Position numbers and translations under genes: made by a program. Below the pieces are notes generated by a model. That model saw nothing but the letters and a program-made list of their open reading frames with translations, searched no databases and was not told where the DNA came from. Below, in pieces: positions 26,751-40,329 of a stretch of 64,000 nucleotides of DNA; position 1 is the stretch's first letter, and every line of letters starts with the position of its first letter. This DNA comes from Octopus sinensis (Eukaryota), in NCBI RefSeq assembly GCF_006345805.1, contig NC_043001.1:93558001-93622000 (forward strand), read 5' to 3'.

Positions 26751-29319
26751 TTTGAATATGTGTATGTTAAATCCCTGAAGATAACCATTGCTTTTGAGAA
26801 GCACAAAAGAATGTAATTCTAACGCATTCATTGTGTAGTTTATTTATCAATGCTTTAAATATATTGACTCCTAAACTATACATCATTTCAGTTCACCGTT
26901 ATAAACGTTATAAGCGTGTAGCATAGAGTCGAGATAGCTGCCATTCAAGTGCTGACGACCCTGTAACGTCTGATCGCTGACGCCACAAAGCATTTTTTTA
27001 TATGTTGTGACTAGTTGGTATCACTGACAACTTCATCATTGGATGTGCTATAATCTTCTTCCTTTGGCAATAACTTGTACTTTTAATCGGAGTATTCTTC
27101 CACAAACAAATCTTTTGGCATTGCTGAATGATCTTTAAATAGATACGCCGCGTAACTCATATTAAAGTAGATAGAATATCGTGAAATTCCTGAATGTAAC
27201 AATTTCATTCGAGTCAAAATAATTTAAGATTAGCGACAAGCTTCTAGGCTAATGGATATTATTCCAAAGAAGTTGTTATCTGTTAATCTTATAAAACTTT
27301 TTGAATAAATTTAAGTATATATTACTTGTACATGTTAACTCTAAACATTACATTTTTCTGTAGTATCACGTACTATTCAAACTACTATTTACCATCATAC
27401 AAATTAACCCCATTAGCTAAATCATATTTGTATTCTTTTCTTTGTGCCTGAGGGAGTTTTGTAGCTGGACAAACACATTCTGTTATTATATGTGCAAATT
27501 ATAATGACTTTCGCGAAATAAATTACAGTACTGCACAAACAATGGTATCTCCGGTTGTAACTAGATTAGAATTACGAAGAATACTATTTCCTAACAATGA
27601 ACATCTTTCTTATACAATTAAGTTTATAAACAAAATGAGAAAATTTAATAATGATAAACATATTCTGCGCATCGCTTATTTCCTTGCATAAAAGTCAGCC
27701 GCATTACCAAAATTGACAGTTCACAAGGTCTACATAAATGAGGTGAAAGTATCAGGACTAAATCATTTTGTGTATATCAGTTGAACTGTAACATACTGTC
27801 TCTCGCCCGGGTCTAACAATATGTGAATATATGCATATGTACACACACACACACAAACATGTTTGTGTGTGCATATATCGATATCTATATATACATAATG
27901 CATACATATATATATATATATATAAACGTAAATATACGTGCATAAATATATATATATTTATATATACATATATATTTATCTGTATGTATTCATATATAAG
28001 ACCAACATGTAGCTTATATCTATAAGTCATACTATATGTAAGATTCTGCGCATGCAACTATGTTCGTATATGTTCAACGCGGATACACATTTACACACGC
28101 ATAACATAATATATGTGTGTGTAACGAGAAGTGCATATTTTCCCCGCTCTTCATATATATCTATATATTTGCATATACGTATATATTATGGCGTCGTTCT
28201 GACTTTGCAAATACAATTTACATTATATTCCTATGATATGTACGAATATCGAACAATCAAATACGAAGAGTTAAATGAAATCAAATAGCAAGATTGTAAT
28301 AAATATAAAATAAAATGAAGAGTAAATAAAAATCATACTATATCTAACAAAAACAAGGACAAAAAAATCAACGATTTAAAAGATTAAAACGTTATACGGT
28401 ATCTCTTTCGTTCTTGCATACCACTCATAGATTTTAGAGATAGGAATTTTCCTTTCCTTTTGATGTTTATCGGTGCTTTTAATGGTTTTTCATTGAAATA
28501 CCAAATGAAAGAAGACAGGCACAAATGTAAAAAACAAAGAAAATTTTCCATCACCTATAATAGATTTACAGTTAATTTTAATTCATTATATATATATATA
28601 TATATATATGAACAGATATACATACAAATATATATATATATACATACATACATATGTAAATATATGTATACACACGCACACATAATTTTCCATTGTGCTA
28701 ATGCTTGGCTTATATGAATAGTAAACATGTATTTGTTCATCCATTTTGAAGTATGTATATATATATATATATATTAATATTTTATAGTATAATGCGCATA
28801 TATTCCTATGTGTAAACGGTATCATAATAGAGAATTATAGTTATTGAATTTGCATACATGCAATTTAAAATCAAATAGGAATAGATTTACATATTCCCAA
28901 CTATATACACAGGTATCTATTTTCTACATACCTTACTATTTCGCATATCTGTATTTCTCTCTGTTTAGAAACACAGACACTATGACACTCACGAACACGC
29001 ACGCACCCACACACACATGTATATGGAAGTGAAACTGCGAGAAGCCTATTGTTCTAAGGCAGTGTAAAGATAATTTTCGCCATACAAACTTATATACTAA
29101 CACTCAAACACACTCACAGACACTTTTGAATTTCTAGTCGTTTTAATTATAGACTGTCATGGTGGAGTACGGCCTTGGGGGATTCGAGTCTAATGCTTAA
29201 TTTCGATCTCGTATGTCTTTCAAGTGATGTGTTGGTGGAAACGCGATGCTACATTGTGTAAAGGAATACAACAAAAGTGACACTGCGCTTGAGACCGTAA
29301 ATAACGCCTATATATAACG

Positions 29320-29478
29320 ACATGGTTTCTGGTTCAGTCCCATTGCGTAGCAACTTGGGCATGTGTCTTCTACTATATCCTTCAGCCAACCAAAGCTTTG
29401 TGAGAGGATTTGGTAGACGGAAACTAAAGCCGGTGCTGAAACATGGTCGAAGTCAAATGACTGAAGCGAGTAAAAGAA
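29320..29478 (+). mobile_element. Internally deleted SINE family A copy
   Basis: catggtttctggttcagtcccattgcgtagcaacttgggcatgtgtcttctactata..ggatttggtagacggaaact joined directly to the tail gtcaaatgactgaagcgagtaaaaga. Confidence 0.82.
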
Positions 29479-29841
29479 TATATATACAACTAATAAAAAG
29501 GGTGGCTTATTAGCAATTAGAACCTTAAGGCAAAATTACTTTTGTGACCTCAATTAACTGTGTCTATATATATATATATCCAAAATAATCAACAAGGATA
29601 TCCAGAGGTAATACAGTACGATCGTTTCATGCGACTCCATTTAATTGAACAATGCAAATATTACGTTAATTTAAAATGTAAACCAATCTTTAACTGCATA
29701 ATAATATAGTGTTTAGTTAAATTCGAAGGACTCATTTGTTTATTTTTCTTTTTATCAAAAATCACCAAAAGGATAAGGAGATAGACAAAGACCGTGTTTT
29801 ACCAACAACATCACAGTTGTAACTGAGATCTTTTCAAAAAG

Positions 29842-29903
<62 letters not shown>

Positions 29904-30281
29904 TGAGTGTATGTGTTTGTGTGCATATGCAAGCATTTGTTGATATTCACAAAGAAATGTTGGACAATGAAACCGATGTTTAATGACAGTTCATAGGCCG
30001 AAACATCGCAATCAATGATAAATTTCACTTTGTCACAATAGTAAGTATAGTGCGTTACAAAGTAGTAGTGAAAGATGTTTCGATACACACCCTTTTATAT
30101 CTAATTTTATGTAAAGGGAAAGGTTAATACCTACATAGATATATGTATATTACGTAGGTGGGTGTGTAGATATCTACCAACATATGCACACATATATATG
30201 TATGTAATATTGTACATATATATATATGCATATGTGTATGTGTGTGTGTGCGTGTACGTGTACACACACACACACACACAC

Positions 30282-30335
<54 letters not shown>

Positions 30336-30399
30336 GAGAGAGAGAGATTTGCATTTTTATGTCCGCAAGGGAAAGAATGAGGAAACGAAAGTTTGAGGC

Positions 30400-30436
<37 letters not shown>

Positions 30437-31072
30437 AGAGGAAAAGAGAAGAGAGAGAGTTAGAATGTCGGTGAGGGAGAAAGAGTTAGAAACACGATGA
30501 CATATATATATATATTAATATAAAATATATAATATTACACGTTCGAAATGAATTTAGTTTTATATATATTTATAGTGAAATCAATGCACCAATGCAGTTG
30601 TAGATAAGGAAATAAATAATAAATAGGTAGCTGGATAATTCTGAAGTAAATTGAAATCATAAAATTAAATAAATATCTCTGTGAAAACATCAACTGTGAG
30701 TTAGCGAAATAATGAATAATAAAGAAAGTTAAACATATAAAGAGTAATACTATAAAAGACCTAGAAGCTCGCGTAAGTGTGAAGCAAAATTGAATTTCTG
30801 AAGTATGTAAAGGCGAGAAAGTTATTAGATACTAAAGCGGGGGCAACGTGTGATAAAGAATATAAATGTTTTCTCTTATATATTCGGTGCACCATAGTCC
30901 ACACTATGCAGAAATTACGCATGCAAACGCGCCTACATTTTCGTATAAATACACATGCGTTTATCCTTCTTTTTTACACAATACGTATCATCACTCATTT
31001 CTTTTATTTCCTTAATTTATTGCGTTCGTGGATCTCCCACAGAAGCACACTTAATGTGTGTGGACATGTACA

Positions 31073-31151
<79 letters not shown>

Positions 31152-31423
31152 AAATAAATAAATATATATATATAATATATATAATATATATATATATATA
31201 TTATATATATTATATATATATTATATATATATATATATATATCTATATGCGTATGTCTTCATGTTTATGTGTGCGTTTCTACAGGCACCAAAGACCATTC
31301 ACGAGCCATAGACTGATACCGGATTCAGTGGGGGTGCATAAAACCCTCTGGACGGTCTGTCATAGGATTCTTCACTTATTCCGAGCAGCAGAGTGGACTG
31401 GAGCAATGCAGAGGAATATATAT

Positions 31424-31465
<42 letters not shown>

Positions 31466-31684
31466 CAGGTAAGTACTACTTTCGTATCTTCGCAAATTTT
31501 CGCTTGTATACGTAAATTTCCAGCAAATTATGAAGAATCAACATTAGAAATATTTTTTGAATACTTCCAATTAAAGGACGCATCCACATTCAATCATTAT
31601 ACACACACGCACACACACGCATACACACACACACACACGCACTCACACAAATGGAGTTAAACGCAGGTGTTATTCAAATCTTTA

Positions 31685-31776
31685 TACTTCCGACATCTAT
31701 TTCGTAGAAAACATTGGTATTATTCCAGAAGGAATTAATTGATGCAAAACAATGCAATCTTCTCATCTGAGAAATA
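31685..31776 (-). ncRNA. Decayed type I hammerhead-like motif
   Basis: Minus: AUUUCU-C(A)GAUGAG..long stem II (CAUUG/CAAUG)..GAAAU-AGAU-GUC|GGAAGU. Stem I pairs but the core U is mutated. Same family as the 37587-37748 foldback. Confidence 0.5.
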
Positions 31777-32796
31777 AAGAGAAACAACGTATCAATAACA
31801 CATTTTAAACGAATGCGATTACTGCATATACGATGAAGGAGACGCTGGTAAGTTATTAAAAAAAGTGTTAATAGATATAGCATCAAAGGCAATTCACAGA
31901 AAGAGAATAAAGGGGAAGAAAGGAATTAGGAGAACACTAACAGTGGAGAAAAATAGTGCGTTAGGTGAATAAGAATAAAGATTAAAGACGTAGAGATAGA
32001 TATATTTAGTGGAAAGGAAATGTAAGAAGACAGTTAAATGCAGAATTTTATAGACTAGTAGAACTTATTTATAAGAACTCAAGGTATGTTTTTGCCAATG
32101 TTTGAAACTATAAATGCGTTCTTTACGTGTTTACAAGAGGATTTTCTGAGACAGGAAGAAATACAGTTCATAGTTAAAGAGCGAATAAAAATATTTACCT
32201 TTATCATAAGGTAAGGAACTAGATAGAATACTCCATTGCAAATCAAGATTTTATTATATTCCTTTAGAGACCAAATCAATTTAGTAAGCCCAGTATTATT
32301 ACGTTTATTGATATGTCTAAATGTAGAGTAATGGTTGTATATACGGTTATCAATTTGTGTTGCAAGATTCCTGATGAGAAATCGTTTGTTGAAACCGACA
32401 TTGTTGTATTTCGGGATGGTAATTTTTTAGCCAAATAAACACACGCATTATATCTATGTCCATTGTCCGGAAATATTCCGTCACATATATGTCACCTCTT
32501 CAGCAAGTATTTTCATTGCAAGTATTTTCAGCAAGTATTTTCAGCTGTGTACTAACTTACAATAATGCATTACCATGAATGCCTGGCATGTTACATCTGT
32601 AAATTAGAGACCCCCGCTTCACCTGTCACCTTATTTTACCTTTGCCCCAAAGCCTTGATATATATATATATATAATATTAAGGAATATTATTCCAAACTT
32701 ACAGGGAAAAATTTAATTTAGTGATACTGAATCAAATTTCACAAAATTTAATTATTTAATTTAATTATTTCATTGTTGAATTGATAAAAGGTTGTC

Positions 32797-33212
<416 letters not shown>

Positions 33213-33217
33213 ACGAA

Positions 33218-33264
<47 letters not shown>

Positions 33265-34562
33265 ACGCATACATAAGTGTGTGAGTATGCACCCCGACAG
33301 GCAAATGCACACACATATTTAAACCTTCCTTGATTTATTGAGGAGAATAGCTGTTTCATAGCATCAGAGCTATAAACACTCTTTGTCGAATCATTATTGA
33401 TCGAGTCAGTATGCAGAAACTGATATACTGCAATATTTGCATTCCAGAACAGTAAGATTTGCATTGAATCGAAGAGAGCTTCCCTAGTTTAAAGGCTGTG
33501 TCTTTAAGTCGTTTACTTGCTTTGCTGAAACCACAAGAAACAGGTTTCAAGCGATTGTTCAAATGAACGAAGTAACACGTACGCTTTCGGCAAGGATATA
33601 ACGCTTGATTTCATTTTCGTTGTGTGATAATGCTAACATCATTTAATCTTAGAAGAAAACTAAATGCGCGTGTATATGATCAGAGGCCGTGGCAATCCTT
33701 ATTTTATTTACAACTATATTATTTAGTGGTATCTTTCCTGTTAATTATAAGGGCTCGACATGAAGGAGAATCAACTGTTGTATTTGGTGGGTCGACCAAC
33801 TAAGCTACCTTGAACCATAAACAATATCTCGAGGCACCTGAAATATGTTTTATAAGTCACAAGACTGAAGTGTAGACGCTACCACTGAAGATTTACCCTA
33901 TATATTAAAATATAGGATTTTATTTAAACGTTTTAAGGAAAAGAAACATCATTCCAGACTTAAGGGTGTGAAACAATGATACAGCATACATATTTAAATA
34001 TTGTGGTATATTTATCCCAACAAGCGGTGAATTGTTTGCGCTTTCTTTGCTTCATGTCGAATAACGTAATATTCGTTTTGTTTTCGAACCAGTGCGTGCG
34101 TTTATAATACTAGGATAATGATTATCCCTAGACACCACAAAGTAATAGCCATTGTTTTACAAAACAAAAAAGTAATCTTCGTAACTTAGACATCTAATTA
34201 AGAAAAATGATTTTATTGAATATATTGTTTCTAAATGTATAAGTGTGTCCCAATCAAACTTTGTCATGTTAAGTATATTTTACATGTATTTTTTGACATA
34301 TCAATTAAAAATAACGAGCCTTACATTGCCAGAAATTTAACGACTATTTCACAGAGAAAATCAATTCTGAACAAATAAAACACACCAGCGTGTTTTGTCT
34401 TTACGTTTCTACGCGTCAAAGCAATTTGTATAATCTTCTGCTCGAAAAATGTGAAAAGGGTGAAGATGAAACTATACTTTCTAAGAGTATGGATGAGAAA
34501 TTTGCAATAGAAACGAGATGAAATCAATTTCATATTCCTAAACGAGTTATCCATTACCAGGT

Positions 34563-34625
34563 GTGTCATTTTAATTTTATCTCACAGTATATATGTATGT
34601 GTATACACGCAAATTTATATATGTA

Positions 34626-34672
<47 letters not shown>

Positions 34673-34727
34673 TAAATTTGCGTGTATATACATACATATA
34701 TACTGTGAGATAAAATTAAAAGGACAC
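34563..34727. repeat. Inverted duplication centred on a (TA)n tract
   Basis: Left gtgtcattttaattttatctcacagtatatatgtatgtgtatacacgcaaatttatatatg is the reverse complement of the right arm with 2 mismatches. Confidence 0.92.
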
Positions 34728-35356
34728 GTGTATGCGTGTGTGTGTGTATGCGTGTGTTGTGTATGTGTGTTTGTGTGAGCGCGTGTGTATGTAAGTCATA
34801 CACTTACTCATATAAACATATAGAGATACATCGTATACCACACAAGAAATATTCTTGATTTACTAAACTTTATCTCCGACCTTAGAGAGTGCGACCAAAT
34901 ATTTTACGGAGACTGGAAGCGCTGTTCCATGAGATAATCGCAAGAATATAACACTCCCCAAAGTGGACATGCTATTGAGGAATGAAAGAGGCTTAGTGTC
35001 AGGATATAATAGGCAAAATAAAGTTGGGTTGTTGGAGTATATACCACGAGCTATTTATAAAACACGTACACTCACACAAATAAACTGGAACAACATGGAA
35101 TGGAATATAACGCATTACTCAGTCCAGGTATCGAAACTACCATCTCACTTAAACACTAAACCACCCTCATTCACACGAATATCAATTCTGAACGAATAAA
35201 ACACACCTACATGTTTTCTCTCAACGTTTCTACGCGTCAAAGCACAGTCATACACAGACACAGAGAAACACACACATACTATACAATACATGGATACGTA
35301 TATATATCTTTGTATTTATCTATCAACCGTTATATGTAATATTATATATTATATAT

Positions 35357-35389
<33 letters not shown>

Positions 35390-35510
35390 AAAATATAATT
35401 AGATTTATGTGTTCAAAATGTTTAGTAGAGCACCGGCGCAGTTTAGGACTACTTGTTGCCTGCCGACACAAAAAAATCTCCAGTGCGACTTCTTGTATAT
35501 ATATATATAC

Positions 35511-35545
<35 letters not shown>

Positions 35546-35639
35546 AGTTAGTTTGGTTTATATCACCTATATCAATGTTATTCCAATGTGTAGATAAAAA
35601 TAATCTTGCAATTCTATTAATATATAATTATAAATAAAA

Positions 35640-36005
35640 AATGGAAAACAAAACAATCAATTGAAGATTTATAAGTTTAATTCTGTTTAAATATTTTGTG
35701 GAAACATATGACACATCTCATTAATTACAGCTGTTTCCGCTTCATTTATAAAACGAAGTTTTTCAAGAATAATCAAATCCGTTTAAATATGTAATGATGC
35801 TTCATCAGATCGACATATCTCCTTCCATATTTTACGAAAAATGACAATTGAAAATAATTATAACTGCTATGGCTTTTCGAAAACGATTTTTAAGAACAAG
35901 CTTAATCATAAATAAGTAAATATTCTAACTGAAATTATGTGTATGAAATATTTAAATTGAATTGTATTTATAATTGTTCAATTTATTATTTTGTTTTCCA
36001 ATTCT
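35640..36005 (-). mobile_element. TA-flanked element with ~55 bp imperfect inverted ends and an internal hammerhead-like motif (35722-35812)
   Basis: Ends ggaaaacaaaacaatcaattgaa..tttaaatattt / aaatatttaaa..ttcaatttattattttgttttcc. Minus strand CUGAUGA-A-GCAUCAUU..AAUGAAGC-G-GAAAC-AGCU-GUA. Confidence 0.6.
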
Positions 36006-36615
36006 TAGATATATATACGTTGAATAAAGTTGAAACATGGTCTGGTTTTTGTATTTAACAAATATCTTTTTGCAATGTTGAAGTGTGTTAAACATAAAAA
36101 AAATATTTTATAATGCACATGAAGTTCAATTAGCGCTTTCATACCTTCGTAGTAATTATCAGATTTCAAAATGCATTTAACTGACATTTGAGTTCTTCAC
36201 AACTATAGTAAAATGACGGACGTCTTCCCTTTTATAACACTAATTGGTTGAAATAAAGGCGGGATCTATGACAGTAATATGGGTACGCCCGGGAAAACAT
36301 GACGTTTAAGCTGCATGTGGATTAGTCAAAACCGTATTCCAGCTTGCTGGAGTCTTCTAAGAGGCATAAAAAGGAAAAAAAATCAGTCATTTTACTATGG
36401 TTGTCAAGAACTCAACTGTAAGGTAAATACAGTTTGAAATTTGATGATGACTACGAAGTATAAACGAACTAATTGAATTTATTAACATTAGAAATTATTT
36501 TTTTTAATGTTTAACACTCTTCAACATCGTAATTTTTTTCTAAATACAATAATAAAAATGGGAAAATCAGACTATGTTTTAACTTTATTCTATAGAGATT
36601 TATTTACACAAACTC

Positions 36616-36680
<65 letters not shown>

Positions 36681-36823
36681 GTTGTCTGTGTGTGCAGATG
36701 AGTGTGATGTGTGCGTAGTTTGCGTGAATGTGTCTGAAGTTAAATCAGCTTCATGATATTTAAGCCATACAGATTTTCAGCAATTCTCTGTTGAATTCTA
36801 AATTAAAAGTGGCAGATATGCTA

Positions 36824-36837
36824 GTTGCTATGGCAAC
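36824..36837. promoter_or_regulatory. RFX X-box-like palindrome GTTGCTATGGCAAC
   Basis: One mismatch from the canonical GTTGCCATGGCAAC, in non-repetitive sequence. Confidence 0.5.
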
Positions 36838-37176
36838 ATGTTAGATTTTGTGTCTTGTAGAACAGAAAGCAACTTCAACTAGCACACTCGGACTATGTAC
36901 ATTGTTTCCTTGTCTTAGCAGTTGGTATAATGTAAGCCTTAAAAATGCAACAAGTCTTGAAATGAGATTATAAATTTTGCATGATTGAAAGCGAAGCACA
37001 TAATACTGGATGATTAATATCCAAGAAATTAGTCTTTGTATTCTTAACTTAGTTATCTCTTACCAGGTGTTCTGTAATTGTAGACAATCACACATTACAT
37101 ACACATGTACTTTGATTACGGTGGATTGTATACATGGTATATAATATCATATATATCTATTATATATATATATATA

Positions 37177-37220
<44 letters not shown>

Positions 37221-37226
37221 ACACAC

Positions 37227-37268
<42 letters not shown>

Positions 37269-37586
37269 ATACATATGTATATAATATATATATGTCCATA
37301 TGTATATATATACTATATATGTATTATATATATATATATATACATATGTATATATACATATGTATATATATATATATATATTAAAATATATATATATATA
37401 TAATATATATATATATATGGATATGTGTATATTTCCCTTGTTAACAATTAACACAGAAAAAATAGATAACTAGTTACCAGGGTAGCAAAACATCACACAA
37501 GTAAAGAGGTTGTAACTCCTTGTTTTCAAATGTGGAAACTTCGGGGGTTTACGTGACATTTTTTTGTATAATATATAAATAAATAA

Positions 37587-37742
37587 ATAAATGGAGTTTC
37601 ACGCAGGTGTATTTCAAATACTTTTACTTCCAATACATTTCGAAGATATCACTGATATTATGATCACTGATATACTATCACTGATATTTTCGAAACATAT
37701 GTCGGAAGTAAAAGTATTTGAATTACACCTGCGTGAAACACC

Positions 37743-37748
<6 letters not shown>
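37587..37748. repeat. Foldback of ~62 bp arms around a triplicated atcactgatat spacer
   Basis: aaatggagtttcacgcaggtgtatttcaaatacttttacttcc / ggaagtaaaagtatttgaattacacctgcgtgaaacaccattt; the arm is homologous to 31650-31705. Confidence 0.88.
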
Positions 37749-37805
<57 letters not shown>

Positions 37806-37807
<2 letters not shown>

Positions 37808-38466
37808 CTAATGGAAGTAAAAAATTATCGTATTTTCGCCAAACATATCTTTCTTATTGTCACACTGCCTTCAGCGCATGCGTGTTTATATTTGGTACTA
37901 TTGTGGACACTTTGTCTCTGTTGGAGCCTGATCGCGCAATTTCTTTTTCAGATTTTACAGTGTAAGCATGGCCACACCACTAACGCTGTGCACCAAACAA
38001 GAACAACGAGCAGTGATCCTAGAGATGGTAATGGTGAATCGGTTCATCATTATCATCTCTCGTGCTTGCTGAATCTTGTCACTAGTGGAGTGACGGGCGT
38101 CCTGCTCTCTTTTCGTCTGTCACGCGTCTCCGGCCACTTTTAAATTTCTTTATCCACACATACACGCATATACGCGGTAGTGCCTTGTCTCCGTATTGTG
38201 CTTAAAGCCACCGAGGAATTTCAGCACCTGACACACCTTGTGACCTGAGAAATCGGATCACTGCTCTTTGTTCTTCTGTAGTGTACATTGCTAGTGGAGC
38301 GGCCAAGCTTACACTGTAAAGCCAAAAAGAAAAAATGGAGCGATCTGGCTGAAACTTCGATCACGTAATCGCAATAGTGCTATTTATAAGCACGCATGCA
38401 CAGAAGGCAGCGTGACAATTACAAGGATATGTTATGGCGAAAGAGCGGATAACTTTTGACTTCGTA
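37806..38466. mobile_element. Mariner-derived foldback element made of two inverted 5' ends
   Basis: Arms 37806-38010 and 38255-38466 are diverged reverse complements. Both contain the transposase start (left MATPLTLCTKQEQRAVI). Confidence 0.85.
38015..38306 (-). pseudogene. Mariner transposase N-terminal HTH remnant
   Basis: LAAPLAMYTTEEQRAVIRFLRSQGVSGAEIPRWL*AQYGDKALPRICVYVWIKKFKSGRRRVTDEKRAGRPS/STSDKIQQAREMIMMNR: the typical mariner QRAVIRFL..YG..W..KF..GR..D..R.GRP signature, with a stop and a frameshift. Confidence 0.9.
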
Positions 38467-38924
38467 TGTAAACGCAAAAGCTCCACGTTAAGTTGGAAAC
38501 CAAGATTAGCTTTTGATATATACATGTAAATGTGAGTGTGTCCGTGCGTGTGTGCGTGTGCACGCGTGTGGTTGTGTGTGTGTGTGCAAGATTTGTGTAA
38601 TACATGCATTCCTTCGCATACAGTGATGCTAAAGTTTCATTACGAGTAGTAAGGGAGTTGTGTCCTCTTTCAATGTTGGATGTCGTCGTGTGTCTCTGGT
38701 CTATATGCCCTGCTAACACGCTAGATTCTCGGATACATAGGAAAGAGGACAAGGTTATTTGTCACGTGGCCAGTCTAAACCTAAAATCCAGGGGTTGGAA
38801 TATAATTTTAAATATTTGGCCAGGGACGGAGAACAATTACAGTGTCGAAATCTTTATCGCAAAAACTCTGCTACTAATTGCTTGCATTTTGTTAAACAGT
38901 GTATGCAGCGTGTATAAGCACATA

Positions 38925-39402
38925 TGCACAGGCTGTGTAGTAAGACGTTTGCCTCACAACCACATGGTTCCAGGTTCAGTCCCACTGTGTGGCATCTTGA
39001 GCAAAAGTCTTCTACTAAAGTCACGGGCTAACCAAAGCCTTGTGAGTAGATTTGATAGAAGGAAGCTGAAAAGTAGCCCGTCGTGTATGTATAAATATAT
39101 CACCGTGATCAGCCAGGCTATCAGATGTTGCTACACATCGCTGGTCACAATGCGCTTCGCATTGTTTTATGATGCCACCCCGCTGGCTAAGCGAGCAGAC
39201 CAATAGGAGAAAGAGTGAGAGAAAGTTGTGGCGAAAGAGTACAGCAGGGATCGCCCCCCCCCTGCTGGAGCCTCATGGAGGTTTAGGTGTTTTCGTTCAA
39301 TAAACACTCACAACGCCCGGTCTGGGAATCGAAACCGCGATCCTACGACCACGAGTCCGCTGCCCTAACCACAGGACCATTGTTCCTCCACGTATATATA
39401 TG

Positions 39403-39441
<39 letters not shown>

Positions 39442-39660
39442 CTCTTTGTCTGTGTTTGTCCCTCCACCACAGCTTGATAACCAGTGCTGGTATGTTTACG
39501 TCTCCGTAACTTAGTGGTACGGCAAAATATATCGATAAATGAAGTACCAGGTTTAAAAGGAAACAAGTACTGGAATCGATACCTTCGACTAAAAATCATT
39601 CGAGGCCGTGCCCCAGCATGGCCGCAATAAAAAACCTGAAACAAAGTAAACGAATGAAAG
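38925..39660 (+). mobile_element. SINE family A split by a nested family B insertion
   Basis: Head at 38925-39085, tail at 39400-39660. Confidence 0.85.
39098..39389 (-). mobile_element. SINE family B nested within family A
   Basis: Reverse-complement head ggaggaacaatggtcctgtggttagggcagcggactcgtggtcgtaggatcgcggtttcgattcccagaccggg. Confidence 0.9.
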
Positions 39661-40329
39661 AATATATTTTTCCAATACCTTCTAGTTGTTTCTTACATTA
39701 TCAGTAGATATTCCTGTTATTAGGTCCCGTTAATCCTTCATGTGCTGTGTTCAGTCTTTTGATTAATTTCGTCAGGAAGATTCCTTCGATAACCATGATC
39801 CTCATGAATATTCTACGTCCCTTGCAGTTGTAACGTATTTGTATCTAGTGTTTCTTTAGCGAATTTATGATTGAATTTCGAAAGATTAAATTCGATATAT
39901 TTGTTTCTTCAAACAATCGCAACCGCTTATAACAACAGATTCTTTGCAATTCAGCAATAATTTCTTGCTTTAAGTTTTGAGACTTTTACATTACGATGAA
40001 TACAGATACGACATGAAAAAATTACATGGGGCGGTGGAATCTGAATGGAAACGCAATCCACATAACTTGGATGGTATCAAAGCAATTACGGATATGTTTG
40101 TTATCTTTGAAGAATAAGTGATTGCATTTAGATTGTTGGTGCAATGCAGTAAGCTCGGTTGTTATGTGCGCTGCATATGATAGCTCTACCCCAAAAGAGA
40201 TACAAACAAACGCAGAAAAAAGAGCAGCTGAGAGGAGCCGTGATAGAAAGCAGAGGTATAAACATCTCCAAAATTACTGTTTTGAAAGGCACTAGGATGG
40301 CAGAAATATCCCCTTGTTCTGAATTATGG

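Noticed and set aside
32371-32400. CTGATGAG..GAAAC hammerhead-like motif on the plus strand
   Set aside because: No convincing stem II or cleavage triplet, and the homologous segment at 47503-47530 lacks the core.
38604-39206. 200 aa ORF
   Set aside because: Its second half runs through SINE families A and B, and no domain is recognised.
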